Position numbers and translations under genes: made by a program. From NCBI GenBank assembly GCA_965178125.1, contig OZ237776.1, forward strand, positions 434,001-498,000: a stretch of 64,000 bases of DNA, read 5' to 3'. Source of the stretch: Bilabrum cf. latius. Lineage: Eukaryota. The notes under the pieces were generated by a model, which saw only the letters and a program-made list of their open reading frames with translations, was not told the origin of the DNA and did not search any database. Positions within the stretch are counted from its first letter, which is position 1. Every line of letters starts with the position of its first letter. Below, one piece after another: positions 47,435 through 60,626 of this stretch.

Positions 47435-49633
47435 ATGGATTGGACGAGCCCGCTGGCCGTTGTGCTAGATGGAGCTGTGTGCATTATTGTAGGTATAGTT
47501 TTGTACCGGCTCCTGAGCACGTCGACTGTCATATTCTTAGGGGGTGTAGGCAGTAAAGCGGTGCAAACCTACAAACCGTCAATACTTGCTTTAGTAAGCG
47601 ACATTGCTCCGCACAGCCACAGATTTCCGCTTACTTTCACCTCAAGCATAGTTTGATTCGTGCATGCGATCCTTTTTTCACAGAACGGACACTGTCACAC
47701 TGTGTGGGGATTTGCTTGTCGGGATGTGACGCTCGGCAAGGATCCCTACACGCGGGAGCTAATCGAATCTAAAGGATGGCACCACCCTGGAGAGATTTTT
47801 AGTATTGATTGGCACCTTCCTGAAGGCGTGGGCCCGCACGATCCCCTGGCAGACTGTGGGGGGTCAACACCTGCCGGCATTGCTCTGGTGCTCGCCGGCC
47901 TTTCGGGTGGCTCGCAAGAGACGTACTGTAAGGCAGCCGTAGCTGCGTTGGCTTCCAAAGGCTTTCGAGTTGCAGTTATGAACGCCCGCGGTTGCGGGAA
48001 TACCCCTCTGACGGGGCCCACGACCTTCTCCGCGTGCTTCACGCAGGACCTGGACCAGGCTCTGCGGCTGCTGCACACCAGGGCGAGAACGAGGGGGGGC
48101 AGCGTGGTTGCAACCGGGTTCTCGCTTGGAGGTACCGTACTGGCGAACTGGCTGTGCGAGCAGGGAGCAGATGCTCAGGCGCTGCTGGCAGGGGCAGCCG
48201 TGGTGGGGGCCGACTACGACCTGGCTGCCAATAATAGGAGGCTGATGCAGCCCGTGTGCGGGGACTGCTGCGGCCATGGGGGAGGGAGTTAGATTTTGGC
48301 GGCAGGAGAGACTGATAGTGGTCTCGAAGAAGAGGGAGGGTATGAAACGGAGGCTGGTGGGGCGGCATCATTCCACCAGCAGGGCGGACCCAGTGGCAGT
48401 GGCAGGGCTGGGCGAGGGGCTCTGCCTGGCACCGCTTCTGGTTAGTGGGACACTGTCCCCATGCCGGGGACATGCCCCCAGGTGCCCCCTGACGCACTGT
48501 GCCTGGGGCCCTGCTGCTGGTGCCCCTGCGTGTACCACGCCGCCATGACCGGCTCGCTCCGATCGTACGTGAGGCGTCACGAGGATGCTTTCCGTGAGGG
48601 AGCCCAGAGCGGCTCCATTGCTCCGATCGACATGCAGGCCGTGAGGCACGCAAGCTCCATGCGGCAGGTGGCTGACCTGGTCCTGACGCGCTCCCACGGC
48701 TACAGGGACTGCGAGGCGTACCTGGCGCGGGGCACCACGGTGCATCGCATTGCAGCGCGAGTGTCGGTGCCCACGCTGCTGCTGCACGCCGCCGATGACC
48801 CGGTCACGCCGGCTGCCAATCTCCCAGTTGGCGCCGCGCAACGGAACCGCAACGTATCCGTGGTAGTTTCAGCGGAGGGGGGTCACCTGGGGTGGGCCAC
48901 GAGGAGCCCTCGGTGCACTGGATGGGGGATCCATTGGGGATGGGGCGGGGGCGGAAGGTGCAAGTCCAAGATTGCTTCGATCACTGGTGAGGTCTGCCGG
49001 GGTGCACTGCACGGTGGTGATGGCCCCTTGCTAGCAGCAGAGGAGGGAACACATCCCTCCGAATCATCCCCAGTGGAGGAGATGCCACGGACACCCCCCC
49101 TGGATGGAATCACCTGGGGGGAGGCTGTCATGGTGGATTACCTCTGGCGGTGCGCGACCGGTGACCTTGGCCCCTTCCCAATCCCTGGGGCCACTGCCCA
49201 CGGGCCCGAGGACAGGAAAGACCTGCGGGCCATGGGACTCGGAGTGAGACACCCCTCGCCTGGGAGGCCGGAGGAACCTCTCTTGGTGGCCTCCTCTCCT
49301 GGTTAGATGCGTCGCGAGGGTCCACCAGAGAGCTCGAAAGAAGCCCAGTGGCGATGCAGTGTGGCAGATAGCAGTGCGGTGCATGCACAGGCACAGACAC
49401 AGCGGGGAGAGGACGGCACGCAGCCTGCACTTGGACCACTTGAACTAGTTGGGAGCAGTCTGCTGCCAGTAGGGGAGGCAGACGCCCCTGAGCTGGCCTA
49501 GCATACTACTAGTAGGCCGGCGAGGCGAGCACGAGGCTCGAGGGCGGGCACAGCCACGTGTCTCGCAGAGAGCCTGGAAGGGCAACCGAACGTTCGTCCG
49601 AAGCGAACCCAGAGGACCCGGGTCCAGCAATAA
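47435..49633 (+). CDS. Alpha/beta hydrolase, ABHD1/2/3 (YheT) family
   Basis: N-terminal TM segment; intron 47594-47683. Motifs NGHCHT, GLSGGS, MNARGCG, GFSLGG (Ser), AADDP (Asp) and GGHLGW (His). TAGs 48290, 48443, 49304 and 49499; ends TAA 49631-49633. Confidence 0.88.
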
Positions 49634-51173
49634 GTTTTGTGTGCACTGCACCCAAAGGCCATCCATTGCCCTACACACCGGGAAGCTAGGTACCGGCGCA
49701 TGGAAGGTCCTGGAAGAGCTAACGAGGATCCTGAAGAATCGGATCGGGGGGAGGCAGAGGAAGAGAGTGGACGCCCGGGTCAGGACATGGGCCAGGCGCA
49801 TCACGATGGTGTTGGCGAATACGGGCAGAAATCATGGAAAATCATTACAACCACATCCGTCTGGTCACTGCGCGCGATCTCACCGCGGAGGAGCAGCAGA
49901 GAGGGCTCGGTACACAGTAGTGGAGGCAGAGGCAGCGGTGAATGCCGTCAGGAGCACGTAGCAAGTAGATGCCGGAGTCGCCAACAGGTCAGAGCCGAGG
50001 TAAACGTAGACATAACTGCGACCCCGGGTGAAGCTCCTCTTGATGGAATCGAGCTCCGAGTCGAGACACCAAGAGCCCCAGGGGCCCCCACCACGGAGTG
50101 GTGCAATTGACTTTGCGTCAGCTTGAGTGACCTTGACAGACTCGATTAGTGCCTTGGACTACGTTAGTGTCTACTGATGAATCATCAGGCCGCGACCAGG
50201 CGGTAAATATACCAATTGCGCCTCGAAAAGGGAGTCATTCAGACGCCGAGTGGGACGTCAGAGGGAAGGGCGATGACGAGGAGTTGGGGGTGGACAGCCG
50301 GCGGCGGAGGCATCGGAGGGGCTGCGCAGGATCGCTAGCAGGGCGGCTAGAGGGCCAGCCGGTTGCCACACGGAGTTGGTGGGAAGTAAAGGGGCGGGAG
50401 TAGTAAGCTGGGATAGTGTGTCTGGCAGGGCTTAGAATTCTATAGAGAGGTTTTGGGATCTGAGATATAGGCAGAATGTTTATAAGCCGCCGTATAGGCA
50501 TATTCCCGGACAAACTGTATGCTTATACTTTGACCCCGCCCACACCTCTGCCGTACTCCCCAATTACGGGGTTAGATCGATGTTCTAGGTTGTGCTGGTG
50601 GGTGTGCTTTGTATTTGCTATTGTATCTACGTGCTGAGAGCCCTAGCAGTTCCACACGGAAGTTGCTGCGGGTGGTTGGTGGACGACAACCTCGATGTAT
50701 TTACCGGTGAAGCTCGACGGCTCCCTGTTTCGCAAAGCCTGTTGGTATGAAGCAATCTAAATTAGCCTACAAAACATGCAGCTGCAGTCAAGTATTTGCA
50801 GTACCCTTGTGTGAAAAGGTTGCTCGTGCGTGTGTATGCAGTCGCGACTCGTGACTCAAGTTGTGCCACAGCACGCAGGATGACACTGTTGCCAACACCG
50901 CACATAGCGACCGACTAGATATAGTGATTGATGAAGTCCAATTGCAAGGCACAGGAGGTACATTAGAGGCCATTCAACCAGAAACTCGATGCACGCGTGC
51001 GACGTGCCAAATTGGTCGCACGGTCTACGGGGAACAAAAAAAAAACAAGGCAACAAAGAGGTACATACCTGCGCTACAGCGACTTCAAAGGAAACGGTAC
51101 ACGAACCAAGCTATGCCAACTTTGGCCACATATACCAAATACAGTATACGGTCGCGGCAATTATTTTGTGAGT

Positions 51174-51709
51174 ACGCCTCGCTGTGAAACATCTGCATTG
51201 GCCAAGGTCGAGGCTGCATGGCTTGGAAGTACTACGTTGTGCATGTAGCAGACAGCGCGCAGCGTCTGTGTACGTGTTGCAGACGTATTGCAATGATATA
51301 GCACCAGCATTACGTGTGTTGCGCTTCCATGGAGGGCTGGATGAACGCGTACACGCCTCGCTGTGAAACATCTGCATTGGCCAAGGTCGAGGCTGCATGG
51401 CTTGGAAGTACTACGTTGCGCATGTAGCAGACAGCGCGCAGCGTCTGTGTACGTGTTGCAGACGTATTGCAATGATATAGCACCAGCATTACGTGTGTTG
51501 CGCTTCCATGGAGGGCTGGATGAACGCGTACACGCCTCGCTGTGCAACATCTGCATTGGCCAAGGTCGAGGCTGCATGGCTTGGAAGTACTACGTTGCGC
51601 ATGTAGCAGACAGCGCGCAGCGTCTGTGTACGTGTTGCAGACGTATTGCAATGATATAGCACCAGCATTACGTGTGATGTGCCTTCATGGAGGGCTGGAT
51701 GAACGCGTA
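51174..51709. repeat. 179-bp tandem repeat, 3 near-identical copies
   Basis: Units start at 51174, 51353 and 51532 (acgcctcgctgtg...ggatgaacgcgta). Confidence 0.96.
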
Positions 51710-51952
51710 TGCATCCTACTGGCTTGTTGCCACCGCTTCAGTACTCAGTTGATCCTTTTCTCAATTCAAAATACTATGCTATCTGCTGCATACATCTTGA
51801 AATATGCTAAATATGTTCAATGAGGCTACAACTCGAAGGGTGAATGTGCAGCAATCCTTAGTCTAGACTCTTCAGCATCTCGCGCAGCCTACCGGCCCGC
51901 CCCCCAATAGCTTGATAGTGTCCTGCCGCATAATGCAACCCTACTAGGAGAC

Positions 51953-53760
51953 CATCCGTGACCCCACAGATCTTGTCGTGTAGTTGACTCGGAATATTTA
52001 AAAAAGGAAGCACTCAGGAACGTTCATTAACACGGCATAATGCAACTGAATTATATCTCCGTGTGAAGTCGTTAGTTTCTAGTTTTTAGATCAAAAAGAA
52101 GATTTTTGATATCTTGTATACTTCAAGAGATATGCGCGATCAAAAACCGTGGATTTGGGCTTCAGCTGGGCTCAATATCGTGACGAGTGTCCCCACACAT
52201 CTTGACAGGTAGTTTGTATCTCCAAAATCATTGTACTCTAAGCAAACCCATTGATGTCGTATCAGTACATGCAGAACATGACTATTAAAACTATCGATAC
52301 AGCCAAACAATTTTGGTGCTTATTCAAATTTAGGCACGCTGTAGCTCGTTGAACCAGGCCTCTTTGGACTGCCACTAAATTTGCTTTCTTTCATCTCTGT
52401 ATTCTACAGTATCGGCTTGCAGCGCAAACTGTAGGCAACATTTCCAATATGAGCGCTTTCAAAAACAAATGCGTAGCATGGAATTCCGATAGTTGTTTCC
52501 GATGGGCCCGTTTTGTCGACTAAACATGCGTTTGTGCAGATCAAGTCAGAACCTGGCAACACCAATGCGAGATGAGCGCAGCATACTACACGCAGGATCG
52601 TATCAATGCAATCTTTATATGGAAGTAGACGATATAGTCCAAAGCTTAACTTGCACATGTTGCAGAGCCCGTCTGTAACGGCAGGTCTCTACACCAGTAT
52701 GCGGATCTTGCATCACGGGCGAATCCACCGATCCTCGCTCTTTAATGAGGCATACAGCCATCTAAGCCAGAATTTATGCATTAAATATTAGTGAGGATTC
52801 TATTCATGCGATGATATGCGTATTGATTGAATATTGGCGAGCATGGCCCACGCAGTCCTGCCGTCGGTCAATCGGTAGAGGTGCGCGAAGCATGTATCCT
52901 GTGCCCAAGTCGTTTGCTGTTCTGCAATTTCCTGTACCTGAAATCATGCCATACATTGGTATTCTATCCAACCGGCTAGGTCGGAGTTATCTACCACCCT
53001 GAATAATGGCCTGGGACCTGGTTCAGTGACACGAGGTGCTAGGTCAGCCAGCGACACGAACAACTACCGTTTATGCTCCTTCAATAATGCATCAACAGTA
53101 GATTCACTCATACCAATGGTTCAATGAAGTCCTAATTTTACCAAGAGTGCGTTTTCAGTCTCTAGCTTTCTCATGGACGCCCAAGTCGGGCGACTCTGTC
53201 TCATGTGTACCAGCCAGCGAATCTGGCCACGGGCAACGACCTCAGTAATGTATGATTATGGAGCGGTAAAACTCCAAGAATGATGAGGCCTATAATAGTA
53301 TAAACCAAAACAACGCAAAAATCGAATCAGTTTGGTCTGCATGCATCATGCAAAGTGCACGTAGTTATGATGCCCAATCGATCCAACCTCCGGCTTCAAC
53401 TCAGTGCACAAAAGTGACGCAAAGCATAAAATAGAGCCAATCACACATGTACATGCTATATGTGGCTTAGTTGGGAGAGTCGTAGTTTACGTTTCATACA
53501 AATCGGCCCGCATCTAAGTATCAATAGTAAAGATGATCCAACACGTACGGTACACAGCCCTAGTACAGTGCATGAAGCCTACTTCGAGGTTTACTCCTCA
53601 CCATACTACGATTACGATATATATAAATGCTTGAAGCAAAGACTTCCCAAAGAATACTCATTAAATCTCGCGTAAAATAGGAGTTTGTGCCAAACACGCC
53701 AAGATGTGTGGGCGTGCTCGTCACACTTACTACACGACAAGATCTGTGGGGTCACGGATG
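51953..53760. repeat. 32-bp perfect inverted repeat pair (51953-51984 and 53729-53760)
   Basis: catccgtgaccccacagatcttgtcgtgtagt and its exact reverse complement. Confidence 0.9.
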
Positions 53761-54295
53761 CCCGTCGCCAATATGTTCACTTTGCGTGCGCTTGAATTCC
53801 ACACAATCACACCGCACGCAGCATACTTGGCCAGTGCCTGCACTTGAGCGGTGTCAGCCCACGTGCCGTTCAACTCATGCAGCTGGAAGAAGTGATCTAG
53901 ATCTTGTGGCAAGACCATTGTACCATCCTGCAGCTGGATCTCGTCCTGCAGAACATACAGTCCTTCAAACTCCGGGTCCTTCAACTCAAGGTAGTGGCGG
54001 AGTGTCTTGTTGAAAAGTCAGCAACTGCCATCGATGAGTACTTGGTAGGGTCAAGCTTGGACAGCACAACACGCGCGCTGTCATAGAAGCAGTTACTGTC
54101 GCTCGCAGTTGGAATGACATTTACCCCCGAAGGCATCCTGAATGGAACGTCATGGCCAGAGTCGTCCTCGTCCTCCTGGTCTGCACGCACTGCACAGTCT
54201 GCAGCGCAAGTGCAACTACACGAAATCGTGCTCCCCTGCAATATCAGTAGCCACATAAACCACCAAAACTGCATATTAATACATTTTTGTATCAT
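53727..54295 (-). pseudogene. OTU-like cysteine protease remnant
   Basis: VIPTASDSNCFYDSA (DGNC-like), a frameshift near 54010, then LRHYLE...NGTWADTAQVQALAKYAACGVIVW (W-x-x-x-x-E/Q-I/V-x-A-L pattern). No clear His motif. Confidence 0.6.
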
Positions 54296-55775
54296 CTCAC
54301 AAGCCCACAGCTGCTGAAAAGGCCTCCAAAGTTTTTGAGGTGACCAACAAAAGTGAAGGTTTATAAGGCAAATCTTGGTCTGGTGTACTGCTTATAGGCA
54401 CCTTATAAATTTCTAAGCCCTGGTGTCTGGGTGGGGAAGACTGGACCCAGCGAGCCCGCCGGCGACTCGGACGCCTAGTCTAGTCAAGGCCCAGGGTGAT
54501 GATGCCGATTGATTTTGCAATAGAGCACCTGTCGGTTTCATGAAACGCCGAGCGATTTTAAGATTTCTTGTCACCGAGCATTTTGCATCGCACGATAGCG
54601 CCTCGGCGATATCGCTTGTGATTGCTCGAAAATCAAGATTCGTTCGTTCGTTCGTGTATCAGCGATTAGGGCACTTCAAGCTCTAAGTTTTGCTGTGTCT
54701 GGTGTCTTGACACCACAACTAGTTGGCGGGAACTACTTGCCTGAAGTGTGCCCACTTTTCACTGAAAATAGGCGCGAAATCGTGTTCACCATTCCATTCG
54801 TGAAATCCTGCTGTGAGCCCGATGCACAGGCCAGCTTCGGTATTTTCGGCGTAAACATTCGATTTCCTGACGATTTATCATTCATAGAACATACTCAATT
54901 TCTGTTGATGTGTTTGTTTCGCAACAATACTCAGGTGTGAACCAAATATGCACGGTAGGTGCAAGTGCAACTCAAGTATCTCCCTTTCATTTCGAAACGG
55001 AATTCAAGCTGCATAACTCACCGTCAATGATAGATTAACGATTAACAACTTGGATGACCTCCTCGATTCCGGCTCGCCTTCCTCGTTCTCGGCGGAATCC
55101 GAGGCGTGGTCGTCTCGCTGCTCCAGTCCACGATCGACCAAATCGAGTCGATGGCCCCAATTGGTTCGCCCTGCAGCCATTCTTCAACCGCATATGTCTA
55201 ATCCTGTAATGCTTGAATATTCCTGGTGGGGCGGCGTTCTAATGCTTCGGTTTTCGCTGCCAGGTGGTAAGCCTTTGCCCTCACCAGCATGTCCAGCTTG
55301 GTGGTGATCAACACAATGGGTGTCCATCTAATCATTTCGCGCTTCTTGATTGCCCTATACTCGGATATATTCAGTTCGGATTGGTGCTGCTGGTTGCTTG
55401 GATACTTGGCAGTCTGTACGTACGCTGCCCCTGCCAGTGGCAGCGGCGGCTGCTGCGCAAGGTGCACCGGGTGCCTGGGACAGTCACCTCGAGCCTGGCC
55501 ACTGCTAGTTCCACTAGCTTTCCAACCTAGCACTACTTGATATGCTCAAGTTGTCCATACATTTTGTCAGCTGGGGCGTCAGCCGGTACTTTGCCTGGCT
55601 CGATGAGTCCGGCACTCGGGGTCGGCGAGTTCAACCCCACCTCCGAGTCCTCGTCAATGTCCTCGTCCTCACTATTTGCCGCGGGCGTACTAGCATCTAT
55701 ATACACATGTGTGATATTTGATGCAGCCATTGTACATCCTACTGCTGACTATAGGCGGAAAGCCAAAAGTGAAGC

Positions 55776-57199
55776 CAGACCCCGCCAAGGGGTTGCCTAC
55801 ACGATTTTGACCGGGAGGGGTGCCTACCAGGGTGCCTACATTTTGGGGGGTGTGCGCTCAGGGGTGTAGGCACCCCCCATTATTTGAAGATGATGATAAC
55901 AACTGTCGAGCAGCCACAACGATGGCTGGCGTCAATGCACCAAAGAAGAAAGAAAAGCACATCTGTTGCTGATGGGCAGAAACATGCAGATGTCTTGGAG
56001 AAACTGGCTCAAGAGTCACGGGAGTAGACACTGCGAGAGAATCTGTGCAACGCGGTGCTGGTGGGTGGCGGACAAAGATGTGATGAGCCAGTGTGCGCGT
56101 ATCTTGGCCATCGGACCCGCGGGAGGCAAGAAAGCTGCAATGAGCCGGGCAAAGTACTAGAACTTGCGCAAAGATGTCGTGCAGAAGAAGCTGCTGTTCT
56201 TCGATATTGTAACTCGCCGACCTCATGTGCTAGTTGCAGCGACCACTTGGACCATGCTCGACCTCGAAGCAGCGGAATCATTCGGCCTCCCGCACGATGT
56301 GGTTGTCAAAGCATGAAGCGGGTTTAGGTTCATTTGCGAGCAGTTCTAGGACGACCTGAAGGGCGAGTAATTTAAGGATGATGCGTTCGGGATGTGGATC
56401 GAGGCGGAGAGGCTTCTGCTTGCTGTGAGCAAGGCATCGACAAAGCCAGGTGCTTCGGTCAAGGGTGCAGTACAGGTCGACAGGAAGAAGAGATCGGTGA
56501 TTACTGATCAAAACCGCAGCGATATGCAGGTTGCCATTTTAAGGTGGCTCGTCTCATTCTCATGCTGCCGCTGTGTAGCCCTGAGGTGGAACGGCTCTTC
56601 TCGGCACTGAAAGCGTGCAGGGACGACAGAAGGACAGGGCTTTCGCATGACTAGCGACTTGTGGATGCCATGCTTAGATGCGATTGAGAGACACCGATCG
56701 CAGTACTCGAAGCAATGCTGGTAGATATTGGGGCCTACGACCGTGAGAGCCTTCGCAAGCTGCAGCACATGTTTACTGGCTGTGCAGACCTACTGTACGA
56801 ACCAGATAGATATCCTGCTGAAGATGACACCGACTAGGAGTCCATGTTGGCTGATGATTCGAGTTCAGGTGACGAAGTTGCAGTTGGAGCAGCGGAGCGG
56901 GAGCTGACCGCTGCCAGCCTGTGATCTGCAACCAGGTAGATCAATACAGATCTGCCGCGTGATCATACAATTATACGCTACAATTTTTTGAAGATAAAGC
57001 GCCGTGTTGACGTGCATCTTTAGTAGATAATAGAAATAAACAAATAAATAATATTCATTTTCTGCGCGTCCTTCTTTGAGATGTCCTCTGAGCGCAGAGC
57101 AAGACAGGGGGGTGCCTACATTTGCACAAATATTAGTGAATTTCATGTAGGCACCCATGTAGGCACCCCTATGTAGGCAACCCCCTTTGGCGGGGTCTG
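55776..57199. mobile_element. Non-autonomous hAT-type DNA transposon, 1424 bp
   Basis: TIRs cagaccccgccaa(a)gggg(g)ttgcctaca and an 8-bp TSD agtgaagc at 55768-55775 and 57200-57207. Multiple subterminal gggtgcctac/gtaggcaccc repeats. No intact transposase ORF. Confidence 0.9.
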
Positions 57200-57350
57200 A
57201 GTGAAGCTGGTCCAGTGCCGATTTGTAACGTGTAGTTTTACCCTTTCACCTAGATTACGGATCTAGCCCTGGATCTATATCACGGATGCTCAACACTGAT
57301 TTTGCATTTACTTTCCTTTGCTCACTCGCGTCACAAGCACCGTGGATTGG

Positions 57351-59990
57351 ATGAAGTCAGAACCACTTCTTGGGCCATCAAGGTGCAAGGCAGGCGACCC
57401 GGACCATGCGGATCACTCGGTACACGCAGGTCGGACGAGGCAACCGCGGCCAGACTTCGTCAGCTTCGCAACACTTTTCGCATCAGCTGTACCGTACAAG
57501 CAGGTTTATCTCATCACTGTGCTGGTCCAGGCTGTTCTTGTTATTGCAGCTTCACTTGGGGTTGGCCTACCCGGCAAGTTGCACTATGACCGGCACAGCA
57601 TCATTCTCTTCGTTCTTCTGCCGAGCTTATCCATTTCGATGTTCATCGTTGGATTCGCATGTCACGGGATATGCTCTTTTAGAAGGGCCTCAAAGGGCAG
57701 ATATGTAGATCGAGGCATACCTGTCTATCGTGGCTTCCTGCGGCTGGTCTTCGGGGATGGGTGCATCGGAGAGTCATCACCTGGGGGCCCACTTCTGCAG
57801 CTTCGGCGCTCCATGCAGCCAAATGTCGGCAGTATTATCGCACCTTTCACCTACTTGTTTCGGGCGGTAATCGCAGGCCCCGCATGTGCCGGCATGCTAA
57901 TGCTCCAGGCGCACGTTTGCAACGCCTCGAGCGACGTGTTTCGTGAGCATATATATCACAAAGATCCGGGCTGCGACGTACCAGCTGGGGGAAGCTGGAA
58001 CTGGAGTTCTGTCTCAGCTGTTCCCGCCGTGGTCGTCATTGTGATGGCTCGAGTGGTTTTCTCGGCTTGGCGGTCTGCCCCCTCGTTCTGGTGTCCCAGC
58101 ATCAGGGCAAAGGAGTTTGACTAGGCCGAACAGCTCCAGCTCCAGTGCGAGAAGGAGGACCCCGTTGGGTCCGCCACCCGGATACTCCTGCTGTACCGGT
58201 GCTGGAACGGGATGAAGGGCTACCAGCCGATGGAGCGAGCCAAGAGGAGCGCGCAGCTTCGGTGCGAGGCAGCTGTACCAGCGGTGGCAAGTGGGCGCAG
58301 CCGCAAGGAGCCCAGCCAAGGAAGCGCCTTGCAGTGCTGCTGCGGCAGTGTGTGCAGTACTTGGCTGTCTGGATTTTGCCGCGCGATCCAGCAGCCTTAT
58401 CCGTTCCGTCTTACCCTGTTGCTGGTCCTCTTTCCTGTGCTGCTGTCCCTTGGCCCCATTTCGTATCACCCGACTCCCATGAAGGGCGTGTGCGAGGAAG
58501 ACTTCAAATTGAACGGCACGGTGTCAAAGGAGAATCCGCTGCTGCTCTCTGGTAGTACGCCCGCCCTCTGTGCGATCGCGATCGAAACAACCATCAAGCA
58601 CAGCATCCCCCGGAAGCTATTCGATCAAGAGATCTTGGTCGTCGCTGTTGTCCTTGCCATGACTGTTGCGTTTGAAGTCATGGAGGCGGTGGACGAAGGC
58701 CACCTCCCTTTGTTTGAGGACATGGAGCTCGCGCTGCGGGGTCTGAGCGATGTCCCTCAAGTCGCCGGTGTTTTGGACACCGTGCAAGACTTGCTGGTTG
58801 AGGTCAACGACTGGCAACATGTAGGCGCGGCAGGCGTTGCCGCAGATGCTGTGAACCTGAGCGGGCACCTGCTCGCGGACGCTCTTGAAGCCCCTGGCGC
58901 TTCAACTGGAGGGGACAGCAGCCAAGCGCGAGCAGGTTCAAGCCAGCCTGTCGGCGGACCACATTCAACCTCTGTTAACAGTGGTGTAAAAGCGGCGGCT
59001 CCTACCGCGACTGCAGGCACGATCATGCTTGAAATTGGTGCGGGAGGAAAGATGGGTAGCCCAGATCCACTGGCTGGCAACATCGGGGTCGAGCCTAACG
59101 GGATGCGGGAGCTGCTTTCGGAAGCGCTTGAATTCGCTCGTGGATCTACCTCAGATGATGCAGAAGCTGTCGGACTGCTTCGTGAGCTGCGTGAGATCCT
59201 CGACAATACGGACCTTGCTAAAATTGATCCATCCGGCGCCCCTGATGAGAACGAGGAGGCTATGTTTCGGGCGGCCAGAAGCGGCTGGATTGTCTACAAC
59301 TTGACCTTGCTGCTCAATATCCAGCCGACGGTGATAGCCCTGAACTCATTGCTTGGTAGCAACGTGCTGGTGTCCGTCGTTGCGCTCCTCCTTCTATTGT
59401 GCTCGGCGGTCATGAGCTGGGCGCGAGTCGGGAGGTACGTCCTAGACCCCTCGCAGTGCGTGGCTTGCATCGTACTGATCGTGCAGGCTACGGCCGTCAC
59501 AGTTACCATGATGCAGCTGGCCACGATGGAGGATAAGCTGGTCGACAGGGTGCTCAAACACAAGAGACACCTGGTTCTGCTAGAGGATGGCACTTCGCCC
59601 CGGATACTGCGCAGTCGATTCCCTGGCTTAATTCGAGAAGCAGACACAGTCGGGGGCTCGTGCGGTTCAGTGACATCCCCAGCAGTGCTGGCGAGGCGCA
59701 GGCCTTCTCAACGTGTACCATATGCTGATGGTGATGACCAATAGCAGCCATCAGTCGTCCAGCTCGGCGGACCCGACGTACCTCGACCCAATCGCACGAC
59801 TCTGGAGCTCTTCGAGCGGCTGGTGGAGACAAGTCGCAGGGCTTTCGAGGTAAAGCTCCTAGGACTGGTTCCGTTCCGGTGGGCGCAGGTAATCGGCTAC
59901 GCAGGCCCGATTGTGGTGGCCGCTGGCACCAGTATCTTCGGCCTCGTTGTTTCAAACTTCATCGAACCCATGATCAAGCGGATGCCATGA
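57351..59990 (+). CDS. Multi-pass membrane protein, 879 aa; C-terminal half possibly 7TM ion channel / GR-like
   Basis: ORFs 57318 and 58212 are in frame via TAG 58122, continue via TAG 59742 to TGA 59988-59990, and contain many hydrophobic segments. Confidence 0.75.
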
Positions 59991-60626
59991 TCGTTGGTGC
60001 GGGCGGCGGGCTTTGGGCTATCGTGGATAGAGGGTTGTTGGGGACAATAGGCACCCTGGCTCTCAAATGGTCAGGTTGTGGTTCATCAGGTGTAGGTAAG
60101 GCTGGCCTCTAGCTCTAGTTTAAACTACCTGGAAGCAAGTGCTGGAAGAAGGGCTGGCAGACACCCTGGTCGGCGAGCTGGCCTGGCGAAAAGTGGCTAG
60201 GCGAGCACGAAAATTGAGAGCGAAGGCAGCCATGTGCCTTGCATAGAGCCTGAAAGGGCAGAGAGATGATGGAGGCGCCTCAGCTCAAACTACGAATGCC
60301 GCCTAGATCTATCGGATGCCCGGTTCCAGCCGGTTCCAACCTCTGATAAGGTTTTAATCTTCTTCTTGAAAGTTCAACACGCTACAAAGGACCTCTTGCA
60401 AACCCCCCGCCCTCATCAGTCATTTCGCGCACGTTTCGCAGGCCTGGTGTCAGCACTCTACTGAGAAACCTTAACCACTGCATGCTCCGCGTTCACGACA
60501 TTCCCGAAGTTCTCGGGACTAAGTGAAATTGACGGCATCACACCATCCTCATTTCTGATACGGTTGCAACCGGGTTGCTTTCAGCCTGGCATCGTGTAGA
60601 GTAGACTAGACTCGAAATCGCTAAAA

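Noticed and set aside
49637-53700. Short ORFs in the degenerate island as functional genes
   Set aside because: They are interrupted by TAA, TGA and frame changes, and I could not assign a family.
55900-56800. Intact transposase inside the hAT element
   Set aside because: Only broken frames are present; an ATRCWW string resembling the hAT TRW motif is too weak to call.
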